A stretch of 64,000 nucleotides of DNA from Octopus sinensis (GCF_006345805.1 NC_043026.1:2108001-2172000); one strand, 5' to 3'; shown: positions 27,010 through 39,752, counted from the stretch's first letter. Numbers and translations: made by a program. Notes: generated from the sequence alone by a model not told the origin.

Positions 27010-27180
27010 TATGTGCCACCAGCATGGGTGCTAGTTATGTGCCACTGGCATGGGTGCTAGTTATGTGCCACTGGCATGGGTGCTAGGTATGTGCCACTGG
27101 CATGGGTGCTAGTTATGTGCCACTGGCATGGGTGCAATTATGTGCCACTGGCATGGGTGCTAGGTATGTGACACCGGCAC
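27010..27180. repeat. Minisatellite, about 6.5 x 26 bp, inside an RTE 3'UTR
   Basis: Unit tatgtgccactggcatgggtgctagt. Confidence 0.95.
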
Positions 27181-27730
27181 CGTCCACAATTAGGATTTTA
27201 CTTGGCATCACGAGTCTTTTCAGCTGAATCAATTCTGCTCCTCAGCATTTTGGTCGGGGGGGGGGGGTCAATAAAATGTGAATCAATCGAGTGCTGGGGC
27301 TGATGTCATCAACCAATAAATTTATTGATTTTTCTAAATTCTATTTTTAGATCTTTTGACTTTTCTTTATTGTTTTTTGTTTCCTTTTTGATTGATGTTA
27401 AACCATTAATCATTATTAAAGGAGTACAAGGTGGCCGGCTGGCAGAATTGCTAGCATGCTGGGCGAAATGCTGAGCAGTATTTTGTCTGCCGTTACATTC
27501 TGAGTTCAAATTCCACCAAAGCCAACTTTGCCTTTTATCCTTTCGGGGCCAATTAAATAAGTACCAGTTACGCACTGGGGTTGATGTAATCAGCTAGTCT
27601 CCACCCCCAAAATTTCAGGCGTTGTGCCTTTTGTAGAAAGGATTACTAAGGGAGTGCAAGATGGCGAGCTCTCTCTCTCTCTCTCTGGTGGAATTTTGAG
27701 CACACTGACAAAATGCTTTCTTTTTTTTCT

Positions 27731-28097
27731 TTTTTACTTGTTTCAGTCATTTGACTGGAGCCATGCTGGAGCACCGCCTTTAGTCGAGCAGAACGACCCC
27801 GGGACTTATTCTTTGTAAACCCAGTACTTATTCTATCAGTCTCTTTTGCCGAACCACTAAGTGACGGGGACGTAAACACAGCAGCATCGGTTGTCAAGCA
27901 ATGCTAGGGGGACAAACACAAACACACAAATACACACTTATATATATATACATATATATGACAGGCTTCGTTCAGTTTCCGTCTACCAAATCCGCGGCTA
28001 TAGCAGAAGACACCTGCCCAAGATGCCACGCAGTGGGACTGAACCCGGAACCATGTGGTTGGTAAGCAAGCTACTTACCTAACAGCCACTCCTGCTT
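27731..28097 (-). mobile_element. SINE family 1 with internal deletion
   Basis: Lacks the ccactcacaaggc...gaggc segment. Confidence 0.85.
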
Positions 28098-28578
28098 AGT
28101 GGCATTTCATTTGTCTTTATGTTCTGAGTTCAAATCCCCCCAAGGTTGTCTTTGCCTTTCGTCATTTTGGTACAGTTAGTATCAGTGGAGCAGTGGGGAT
28201 GATGTAATCAATTACTGCCTCCCCTGAAATTGCCGGCTTTGTACCAAAATTTGAAATCATTATGAACAGATATTCTACTTGTTATATGTTCAAACTTGCC
28301 AGATCCAGCCTCTTACACCTACCCTACAATGTCATTCTAAAAATAAACACTCATGCCACAGAAACCTCAAAGCTATGAGATAATCCATGATTAATTCAAA
28401 GCAATGTGGATAAATAAGCATTACATTTGAGGGGAATAACCCAAATGCCAAAAGGGTTAACCATTTCAATATAAATCCCTACTGTCCATTGTTTAAGTAT
28501 AATCCTAAATATTTTTGCAGCTTTTGCAGCCAATGAACAACAAACTATTATTATTATTATTGATGATTTGCTAGAATA

Positions 28579-29747
28579 AGAATAGCCTGGGCAAAGTTCA
28601 GAGAGCCCTTACCTCTGCAGGTGACAAAGGGCCTCTCGCTCAGAGTAAAAGGCAGACTGTATGACGCATGTGTACGAACAGCCATGCTACATGGCAGTGA
28701 AACTTGGGCTGTGACTGCTGAGGATATGTGTAAGCTTGCAAGGAATGAAGCCAGTATGGTCCGATGGATGTGTAATGTCAGTGTGCATACTCAACAGAGT
28801 GTAAGTACCTTGAGAGAAAGGTTGGACCTAAGAAGCATCAGAGGTGGTGTGCAAGAGAGACGTTTGCGCTGGTATGGTCATGTGGCGAGAATGGATGAGG
28901 ACAGCTGTGTGAAAAAGTGCCACACCCTTGCGGTTGAGGGAACCTGTGGAAGAGGTAGACCCAGGAAGACCTGGGATGAAGTGGTGAAGCATGACCTTCG
29001 AACTTTAGGCCTCACCAAGGAAATGACTAGTGACCGAGACCTTTGGAAATATGCCGTGTGTGAGAAGACCCAACAAGACAAGTGGGACCATAATCTGTGG
29101 CCTTTACCAGGGGTGCAGCCAGCCTAATTATGCGTACCTTTCCTTCTTGGGATGCAAAACTCCGCTTGTGAAGACCTGTTGATGCAAGTGAAATCGAACC
29201 AAATTCGATGACTGGCACCCATGCCAACCTTCCTTCATTGGGCACTAAACTCTGCATGCAAAGACCTGTTAGGACAAGTGAAATCGAAAATCAAAATTGA
29301 ACCAAATTCGATGACTGGCACCCGTGCCAGTGTAGTGCTAACAGCTCCATCTGAGCGGGATCGTTGCCAGAGCAGCTGCCCGGCTTCCATGCCAGTGGCA
29401 CATAAAAGACACCATTTGAGTGTGATTGTTACCAGCGTCACGTGAACAAACCATTCGAGTGAGGTCATTGCCAGTGCCACTAAACTGACTCCTGTGCAGG
29501 TGGCACGTAAAAAACACCATTTGGGCGTGGCCATTGCCACTACCACCAGACTGGCCCTCGTGCTGGTGGCACATAAAAGCACCCACTACACTCTCGAAGT
29601 GGTTGGTATTAAGAAGGGCATCCAGCTGTAGAAACTCTGCCAGATCAGATTGGAGCCTGGTGCAGCCATCTGGTTTGCTAGTCCTCAGTCAAATCGTCCA
29701 ATCCATGCCAGCATGGAAAGCGGACATTAAATGATGATGATGATGAT
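28579..29747 (+). mobile_element. RTE-clade LINE, 5'-truncated (ORF C-terminus, 3'UTR, (GAT)n tail)
   Basis: KGRLYDACVRTAMLHGSETW...RRLRWYGHVARM...GTCGRGRPRKTW, followed by a 3'UTR shared with many short copies in the window. Confidence 0.92.
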
Positions 29748-30360
29748 TATAAAGGTGGCTAGCTGGCAGAGACGTCAGCATGCCGGGTGAAATGCTTAGC
29801 GGTATTTCGTCTGCTGTTACGTTCTGAGTTCAAATTCCACCAAGGTCGACTTTGACTTTCATCCTTTCGGGGTCGATAAATTAAGAACCAGTTACGCATG
29901 TTTGTATGGATTGTGGATTGTTTATCTTCTATCGTAATATTGGATATATTGGAATCTATAATGTTTTGTCAAGTGAAGATTACTATAAAGATAATAATAT
30001 TGTTATTATTGATAAATATTATAATAATAATAATAATAATAAAAATAATGGTAATAATAATAATAATGATAATAATAATATTATTAATAATTGATTATTG
30101 TTTATGTAGTCATGAGCATAGACGTATGTATATGTTCCAGTATATATGTATATATATGTATATGACGGATGGTCTATTTACTTGGACCTATTGTTTAATT
30201 TGTTTATTTATGTGTTTATACACATGTAAAAGTATATATACTCTGCTTATGTATGTATACTTGTATATGTGTAAGTGTATATGGATATTTGTTCATATTT
30301 TTATATATATTAAATTATACATGTATCCTGTTTCATGCATTAATATTTTTAAAGTTCTTT

Positions 30361-30495
30361 ATAATCTCTGACGAGGCCTATGGTTATATATAAGTACCCT
30401 ATTTTTAAATGCCTACAACCTCAATATAACTGACAACTATAGGCACTGAAGAAAAAACTACTTTTATCCATAGGCTGAAACAGCTGTGATTTTAA
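30361..30495 (+). ncRNA. Degenerate hammerhead motif with 84-nt loop II
   Basis: CTGACGA-G-GCCTATGG...CCATAGGC-T-GAAA-CAGCTG-T-G; position 17 is G and stem I is poor. Confidence 0.5.
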
Positions 30496-30655
30496 TGATT
30501 TCAATATTTTATATTATGATTTTTATAATTTGTATTCTTATCTTATATGTATTGAATTACAATGTATATATGTATGTTATTGAGGTTCCCATTTTTGTTA
30601 AATGAATAAATAAGTGAACATTCTAATATCCGAAAGCTGATGGACCAACTAAATT

Positions 30656-30914
30656 CATCATCATCATCGTTTAACGTCCGCTTTCCATGCTAGCATGGGT
30701 TGGACTATTTTGACTGAGGGCTGCACCAGGCTCCAATCTTGATTTGGCAGAGTTTCTACACTGGATGCTCTTCCTAACGCCAATCACTCCAAGAGTGTAG
30801 TGAGTGCTTTTTACGTGCCACCGGCACAGGGGCCATTCAGGCGGAACTGGCAATGACCTTGCTCGAATCTTTTTACACATGCCACCGGCACAGGTGCCAG
30901 TAAGGCGACGTGAC
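30656..30914 (-). mobile_element. RTE 3' fragment with 11-bp target-site duplication
   Basis: TSD ccaactaaatt at 30645-30655 and 30915-30925. Similar RTE tails at about 5460-5725, 6300-6600, 14860-15095, 21480-21700, 22120-22275, 26850-27200 (-), 44990-45310 and 57220-57625. Confidence 0.85.
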
Positions 30915-31735
30915 CCAACTAAATTGTTTCTCCATTTTCTTATTTGTATTATAAATTACTGGTAAAATATTTCTTTATCTTCACCCGTTTAATACAATAA
31001 ATAAGTTAATTGCATTGCAATTAAAAACACTTGTGTATTAAGAAATTGGGTATTATACCAACAGTATATTGGATAAATATTATCCCTTAGTGGGTTGCAC
31101 CCATAACCCCTATCTTACTTTGTGTTATATATATGTATATATATTATGGATTAGATTACATAAAATCTACTTGACTATATAAGATAAAGATATGCTGAGA
31201 AATATATAGATCCATCCATGTATCTATGTATGTGTGCGTGAGTGTGAGAGAGAGAGAGAAAGTATGTATGTATGCATATATGTATGTGTCAAAGAACAGA
31301 CATGTTACAAGCCAGTCGTATTATTTCCAGGAAATCTTTATATTTTCTGAGAAAACTAGACAGCCCAGCTTTAAGTTCTTTTAGAAAGAGTCTGTTACGA
31401 TAAATACTTTCACTTTGTTTAATGTCTTCAGCCTCCTTCTTCCTCTCTCTTTCTTTTATCTTCTTTTTCTACATCGCTGCTCTCCTCTGTGTGTGTGCGT
31501 ACCTGCATGTGGGTACCTGCATGTGTGTGTGTGTGTGGGTGCATAATTGAAAGCTGAAGCATCAGACACATTGTTACTTTCCGTTTGTCGTCGGCGACGA
31601 CCTCCCGACCATACTCACGCACACAGACTTAGTACTGGTCGATGTACGCTGTGGTTCACTATCAATAAATAAATACTATAAGGCCTGGTGCATTGATTTG
31701 CCCTCGACTTATACATACATAGTATTGCCGATATT

Positions 31736-32143
31736 ACTCTTTTTACTCTTTTAGTTGTTTCAGTCATTTGACTGCGGCCATGCTGGAGCACCACCTTTAA
31801 TCGAGCAACTCGATCCCGGGACTTATTCTTTTGTAAGCCCAGTACTTATTCTATCGGCCATTTTTGCTGAACCACTAAGTGACGGGGACGTAAACACACC
31901 AGCATCGGTTGTCAAGCAATGCTAGGGTGACAAACACAGACACACAAACACACACACACTCATATATATATACATATATACAACGGGCTTCTTTCAGTTT
32001 CCGTCTACCAAATCCACTCACAAGGCATTGGTCGGCCTGAGGCTATAGTAGAAGACACTTGCCCAAGGTGCCACGCAGTGGGACTGAACCCGGAACCATG
32101 TGGTTGGTAAACAAGCTACTTACCACACAGCCACTCCTGCGCC
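31736..32143 (-). mobile_element. SINE family 1, full length
   Basis: Same head, core and tail. Confidence 0.9.
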
Positions 32144-32521
32144 TATATATATATATATATTTTTTTACTTTTCAAAAATTCCAGTTCTAAAGGGACGAAA
32201 CAAACCCAAGCAATGCCGGGCGATACTGCTAGTAATTTATACAACGAGCGCCTATTTTTTGTGATTCACGTATTATATATATGTGTGCGTGTGTGTGTGT
32301 GTATAAACCCAAGAGGAAGTCGTTTATTTACAGAATAAAAAACGTGATATTTTCCCATAACAAATAAATGGCTATTATTATATAACTCTGTTCTTATTAA
32401 GTACATGTCACGTATTGCCGAAGATAATCACTCGAATTTCAATGGCTTTTAAATTAAATTTGACCTTCTGTCTGAGCATTTTAATAAATATATATATATA
32501 TGTTGTGTGTGTGTGTATATG

Positions 32522-32583
<62 letters not shown>

Positions 32584-32614
32584 ATATAGATATAGATATA
32601 TATATATATGCATA

Positions 32615-32647
<33 letters not shown>

Positions 32648-32666
32648 CTATATCTATATATCTATA

Positions 32667-32707
<41 letters not shown>

Positions 32708-33530
32708 CTATCTACATATATACATATTATATGTATCTCTCTTTCTCTCTTTATATATAATTGTTTTTACTGTATATATATATATATGTATATATTGAGA
32801 GAGTTTACGTAAAAAACAAAAGACGAAGACGGGTGGTGTACAAAACAAACAGATGTATTAGTATAACGCTCAGGAATAGAAAAGGTCTTTTACGTTTCGA
32901 GCCTATGCTCTTCTACAGAAAGGGACACAGAAAAAAACAAGGAGAGAAAATAAATGTGTGTAGAGGCTAACGATCTATCATGGCGTCATACACACACACA
33001 CACACACAAATATATATATATATATAACGGGAAGGTTTACGAAAATAAACAAAAGACGAAGGCAAGTGGAGTACAAACAAACAATTGTATTAGTATGGCG
33101 CTCAGGAATAGAAATAAAACAAGTCTTTTACGTTTCGAGCCTATGCTCTTCGACAGAAAGATACACAGAAAAGAAACAAGGAGAGAGGGGAAAGTCATTC
33201 TCTTTTAGTGCCTTACGACAAACACATTCACCAGTTCGATTTCCATTCATTTACTTATTTATTTTATTTCCTACAATTTTCGTTGCTTCTTCCAACCTCT
33301 ACAACAGTTGTTGACTGTTGGACAGAGTGAACAACTATTGAAAAAGTTTTAGGAGGGAACGAAAATTTTAGAAAAAAAAAAAAGTAAATGAGTGGAAACT
33401 GAACCGGAGAGTGTGTTAATAAGGCATTAAAACAAAATGATTCTCCACCAAAAGCAACAAATATGCTTCAACAAGCCAATTCACATAAAGAATCTTGAAA
33501 ACTAAATACAAAATCGAAATATATACATAC

Positions 33531-33589
<59 letters not shown>

Positions 33590-33606
33590 CATGTATATAT
33601 ATTACA

Positions 33607-33692
<86 letters not shown>

Positions 33693-33693
33693 C

Positions 33694-33816
<123 letters not shown>

Positions 33817-34724
33817 CTCCATATTTCGAGCATTTACGACAATATGTGCCTTCGAGGAAGCAGTTGCTCCTTCACACCAAATTAAAATTTGGGATTTGCG
33901 GAGGCTCCAAAATGGGACAAGAACGCAAAACATCCAAATAGACGATACAAAAAACACGGACGGGTCATTCGAAGAACCGGATCATCCTCGCAATTTCGAC
34001 TGATTAATCTTGAGATTGCTCCAATCCGGCCAACCCCAAGGAAAACCTAAGCCATGAGTATTAGATTCCTTGGCAAAAAGCATCGAATATATAAGAACAA
34101 GGACGGGAAAACGGACGACGTTACACGAATATAAATACAAAATAATACAAAAAAAAAATAATAATAATAATAATAACAGGAAATAACAACGTTATGTACC
34201 CCCTAGAATTTTTGCGGAGTGCCAAATCAAAAGTTGCACCCCTGCTTACTTTTCTCACGTTTAGAAAACAATGAATAAAAAGTGATCAATAAAAAGCAGC
34301 TCGAAGTTAGTTTTCTGAAAATTTTGGGACCTGAGTTTGCACCCGCTAAAACAAATATCTTTCCCGAGCCAGTAACTGTAATGCTCAAATGATTCGAACG
34401 ATTCTGATGTCTTTACGAGGGACCAGTTTTGCGGGGGTAAAGAGGGGCTATAAGAGGAATCCGATGCATACATAAGTATATATACTTGTGTGTAAATCCA
34501 CGTGTATATAATTGCTTTGCATAGACGTGAATATATGTGTGTGTATGTGTCTACCAACTCGTAGCTTCTATTAGTTTTCTAAAATAATTGTGTTTCCATC
34601 TTGGATATTTCATAAGGAAAATCAAATTGAATCGACCATAATTCTTGGCTTGGTACTTTATTTCATCGACTCTAAAAGATGACGATAATGATGATGATGA
34701 TGATGATGATGATTGATGATGATC

Positions 34725-34769
<45 letters not shown>

Positions 34770-34826
34770 GGGCTTCGTATATTTTATCCCAGTGTCACTT
34801 TGATGGCATGCACTGCTCTCTCACTC

Positions 34827-34859
<33 letters not shown>

Positions 34860-34913
34860 CTCCGTAGGATTTGAACCCAGAGCGCAGTGTTGTAAACTAA
34901 TGTGTACCTACAA

Positions 34914-35322
34914 GGGATCTTTTCGGTTTGAACGGCAGTTTTTAACATAATTTCTAGGTAACTGAAAAATTTTAAACTTCGTATACTGGTAGAATGTGTT
35001 TATAAAACATCTTTTTCTTTTCTTTTCTTGGTTTATGAGAAAATTCTATAGTTTGTAAGATATTTGGTCTTTAATTTTCTTGCATTTCGGCAATTTCACA
35101 ACCAATCAATGACCGTCTATTGAGGTGAAAACATTCTGTGCCGTATGAATATGTCCCTCGTTTAAGAAACAGATTGAGTGTGAAGAAACAAAGATACCCT
35201 TCCACCCACCCCTAACCTAAAACAGATTGAAATGCAATAGATCGATACTAGGGTCATAATTATGGGTGACAATTTCATATGACACTGCTAGAAAAAACTG
35301 CCGTCCAAACCGAAAAGATCCT
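34914..35322. mobile_element. MITE with about 30-bp terminal inverted repeats
   Basis: gggatcttttcggtttgaacggcagttttt / aaaaactgccgtccaaaccgaaaagatcct; no clear TSD. Confidence 0.75.
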
Positions 35323-35509
35323 CTCCCAGTCTATCATTGTAATTATTTACAACAATCTATAAATCTATCTCCATCCATCTATCAAGCTGTGTCTTCAGTC
35401 TCCCCTCTATTCATCCATTCTAGCTACCTCTCCACTTACGTATTTATCAATTCAGCTATCTAGCAACTTATCCGTCCATCTCTGTTCATCAGTCCATCTT
35501 TCTTTCCAT

Positions 35510-35572
35510 CCATCCATCCATCTATCCATATATCTATCTATCTATCTATCCATCCATCCATCCATCCGTCCA

Positions 35573-35608
<36 letters not shown>

Positions 35609-35856
35609 CCTATCTTTCTATCTATCTATCTCTCTCTCTATCCATCCGTCCGTCCGTCCGTCTGTCTGTCTATCTATCTACCTATCTTTCTATCTATCTA
35701 TCTATCTCTCTCTCTATCCATCCGTCCGTCCGTCCGTCTGTCTGTCTATCTATCTATCTACCTATCTTTCTATCTATCTATCTATCTATCTGTCTGTCTA
35801 TCTATCTATCTGTCTGTCTATCTATCCAACTATCTATCTATCTACCTACCTACCTA

Positions 35857-35898
<42 letters not shown>

Positions 35899-36046
35899 CT
35901 TATCTATCTATCTGTCTGTCTATCTATCTATCTGTCTGTCTATCTATCCAACTATCTATCTATCTATCTATCTTTCTATCTATCTATCTGTCTGTCTATC
36001 TATCCAACTATCAATCTATCTATCTATCTACCTACCTACCTACCTA

Positions 36047-36089
<43 letters not shown>

Positions 36090-36193
36090 GTCTGTCTATC
36101 TATCCAACTATCTATCTATCTATCTATCTATCCATCCATCTATCTATCTATCTATCTGTCTGTCTATCTATCTATCTGTCTGTCTATCTATCC

Positions 36194-36257
<64 letters not shown>

Positions 36258-36290
36258 GTCTGCCTGTCTGTCTGTCTGTCTATCTTTATT
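35510..36290. repeat. (TCTA/TCTG/TCCA)n microsatellite
   Basis: Simple repeat. (GATA)n tracts also at 60975-61040, 61500-62085 and 63040-63450. Confidence 0.97.
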
Positions 36291-36839
36291 CCTTTCATTC
36301 CATTTATTTATCAATCCATCAATCAATCATCCATTAGTTTGTCTCCTTACCAATCTGTCAATCTTTCGATCCACCATTCCATCCACCATCCTCCTATCAG
36401 TCTCCCAGTCTATCTATCTCTTTCTTTCCTTTTCTTTGTCTCCCTGTCTGTCTGTCTATCTGTTTATCAATCAATCAATCAGTCAACCTATCTATCAATC
36501 TCTTCGTCTCTCCAGCAACAAACCATTCTATTTTCACACATTCGCCTCCAACCCATAATTCAACCACAACCATCATACATACACATCCAGCCTCTATGCG
36601 TTTTGTCTACAAGTGTGCGTGTCTACGTTTATCTGGCTGTATAAATATGTTTAGATGTGTTTCTATATGTGTGTTTAGTTGTGTAATGATGTGTATTTGG
36701 CTACTTGAATGTGTGCGTGTGTGTGTGTATCCGAATGCGTAAATATATTTGTATACCTGTGAATGTGTGCGAGCGTAAATATGTTTGGGCATGTGTGTGT
36801 GTGTGTAAATAGATGAATCGATGTGTTGAGGGGGAGGGA

Positions 36840-37290
36840 GAATGTGCGCGCACACGCGTAGTCGCGCTAGCTAGTCGTGACTGGTCGATCCTACAACGAC
36901 TTCGTAGCAAAGTAAATAAAACACAAAAATACGAAGGATCGACTAGTCATGACTAGCTTGAGCGGATGCGCGAGTACGCGCGTGCGCGCACCGGGGTCAC
37001 TGTTCGCTAGTAGTACCTGTCTGTGTGTGTGCGTAAATGTGTGTTTGTGTGTGTGTGCGTAAATGTGTGTTTGTGTGTGTGTGTGCGGAAGCATTTTTTT
37101 AATCGTGTGAGCTGTCATTGGTGGTGCATGCACTCTGCGCATGCGCATTGCATGCGCCTTCCATTGTGCATGCGCGCGCGAGCGTCCGTTTGTGCATGTA
37201 TGTGCGCGCGCGCGCAATTGCGTGTGAAGCAATTGACAGGGCAACGCCGCATCAACGTAAACAAACCATCAACGTAAACAACACACACAC
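36840..37290. promoter_or_regulatory. CpG-rich intronic regulatory block (NRF-1 site, tandem FoxO sites)
   Basis: TGCGCATGCGCA at 37136-37147; GTAAACAA at 37257-37264 and 37274-37281; many CpGs; long inverted repeat at 36844-36991. Confidence 0.5.
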
Positions 37291-37799
37291 AAGCACGCAC
37301 CAATGAATGGAGGAAGCCGTGTTGTAGTTACTTGCAGAAATAGCAGTCAGGTCTCCCTCGAATCACACACTTTACACCCCACATTAAGAAAAAAAAAGAG
37401 AAGATTATGTGGTTCTAGGTGCAAAAACACTACCCGCCTAAAAAGAAATAAGAAAGGTTGGCCACGGCTGGAAACGTCTTGGAACAGAGGCGATTAACAA
37501 TAACACAGACTAACACACCACCACCACAAATTTAACTCAATACCAACAGACATTCAACTTCTTAGAAATAGCAGCTAAATCTCCAACTGTTTTATGTACA
37601 TAAATATGTATGAGCGAGAGGGAAACTTCTATGGTAGCTAGACCTGTTAGAAATAGAAGCTAAATCTCCCGCTAATCATACCTGTCTACGGTACATATAT
37701 ACGTATGTACGAGCCAGTGAGGGAGACCTCTATATGGTAGCTAGAACAGTCGGAAATAGCAGCTAAATCTCCTTCAAATCACGGTATATATGTATGAAA

Positions 37800-38034
37800 G
37801 GCGGCGAGCTGGCAGAAACGTTAGCACGCCGGGCGAAATGCTTAGCGGTATTTCGTCTGCGTTACGTTGTGAGTTCAAATTCCGCCGAGGTCGACTTTGC
37901 CTTTCATCCTTTCGGGGTCGATAAATTAAGTACCAGTTACGCACTGGGGTTGATGTAATCGACTTAATACCTATGTCTGTCCTTGTTTGTCCCCTCTGTG
38001 TTTAGCCCCTTGTGGGTAATAAAGAAATAGGTAT
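37800..38034 (+). mobile_element. SINE family 2, full length
   Basis: Near-identical to 3912-4146. Other copies at about 5890-6095, 10040-10256, 18255-18470, 24838-25050, 27432-27650, 29755-29897, 42240-42447, 44530-44720, 47784-48010 and 59475-59640. Confidence 0.9.
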
Positions 38035-38761
38035 ATATGTATGAGCCAATGAGGAAGGCCTCTGCCTGGTAGCTAGATCTGCAAGAAATAGCAGCTAAAT
38101 TACCCTCAAATCGCATTCTGTTGACATATGTATCTATGACAGTCAACAATGAAGACCTGTACATAGTAAATAGAATCAGTAGAAATAGCAGCCAAATTTC
38201 CCCTCATATTCATAACCCTACAATCTTTAAAAAGCAGGGAGGGGGGGACATTAGGTTATGTAGTTCTAGTTTTGTCCCAAAAAACAAAAAGGTGCCCATA
38301 TGTCTGCTCGATCCAGACTAGCCCAGGGTTAACCATCATCATCATCATCATCAACAGTATCAACATATGATGACATCTGACCACTACGTTACTACTACAA
38401 TCTCCACCACCACCATCACCTCAAACATTTGACAAGCATCGTCAGCACCAGGGCACCGATATAGCACAAGAACCATTCTACCATTAGTAGTAATATGTAT
38501 ATATATGCATTTTTATAAAAGCTGCAAAAGCATCACGACTCATCAGTTTCACGTTCCTGTTCGTTGGACATTTGTGACTTAATCCAGTCTTGATCACAAC
38601 TGGCTGACGAATGCCAACGTTGAACTCTGGGTCACAGTTTTCTGATGTTTTTGCAACGTTAACAAAAAAAAAAAAAAGCATATTACTCTACTTTCAGTAT
38701 TTGGGTACTATTTTCTCACCAGGTTTTGCATTTATATAGTTCCTAGTGGAAAGCACGGATT

Positions 38762-38812
38762 TTTGTCAGTGAACAGGTCGCGGTCTTAAAGCGACGAAAA
38801 TATTTTGACAAA
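38762..38812 (+). ncRNA. Type I hammerhead motif with G3:C8 core variant
   Basis: TTTGTCA-GTGAACA-G-GTCGC/GCGAC-GAAA-ATAT-TT-TGACAAA. Confidence 0.7.
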
Positions 38813-38951
38813 TTAAACTTAAATGTTGAAGTGAATCGAACGGCTTTTGTGTGTTTCTTAAATGGCTTATAAACACCTTCCAATGCTGCAATTGTTTTCG
38901 TTCCAGCACACGATCTCAGATCAAATCACTCGCTATGCGAGTACATCTCCG

Positions 38952-39036
<85 letters not shown>

Positions 39037-39120
39037 GGTAAGACAACAAAAGAAAGAAGAAAGAGACCTCGATATTATGTAAATAGAGGAATTTATCTGT
39101 AAATTTTCATAGCATTTTTC

Positions 39121-39200
39121 CGATGGCCGGATAACTGAAGAGATGGCGGCGTGGATTTCCACCTCGGCATCCGAAACTCGGAGTTTTATCATGGCTATCG
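39121..39200 (+). ncRNA. Type I hammerhead ribozyme motif, intact core
   Basis: GATAA-CTGAAGA-long stem II-GAAA-CTCGGAG-TT-TTATC, plus outer helix CGATGGCC/GGCTATCG. Predicted GUU cleavage after 39185. Confidence 0.8.
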
Positions 39201-39708
39201 AATAATTGTCACATATTACATTTACATATATATATATATATATGTCTGGGGAGAGTCATTTTCTTAATCAAGATAACACCGTGTTCTGCTGTCTAAAAAT
39301 CAAGATAACCAAATCCGAAAACGAAATATATGTGTGTGTGTATGTGTGTGTGTGTGCTTGCATATGTGTGTGTATATATATATATACAAACATGTAAACA
39401 CAAAGGCATGAATACACAACATACATACATGCATATACATATATACAGTTGTCAATTGTGGAACACGACTGTCACTACTACTACCACTACAACACAGACC
39501 TGATGATTGTGCAAAACATGAAAGTACTAGTTTTATCACAATAACTATATAATATTCCATTACTACGATATTGTAAAACTGTAAAAATTGTAAATAATAA
39601 AAGGTGAAAATCAGACTAAGTTGGAATTTCTTCTATACACAATCATACAAACTTGGATATATATATGTATATACACATGTATATACATACACATGTATAT
39701 ACATATAC

Positions 39709-39752
<44 letters not shown>

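Noticed and set aside
32412-32445. ATTG-CCGAAGA...GAATTT-CAAT, hammerhead-like
   Set aside because: Stem II 5' arm and an intact GAAA are missing; too degenerate to support.
33830-34140. TA-flanked element examined for a hammerhead
   Set aside because: A hairpin followed by GAAA exists on the minus strand, but no recognisable core precedes it.
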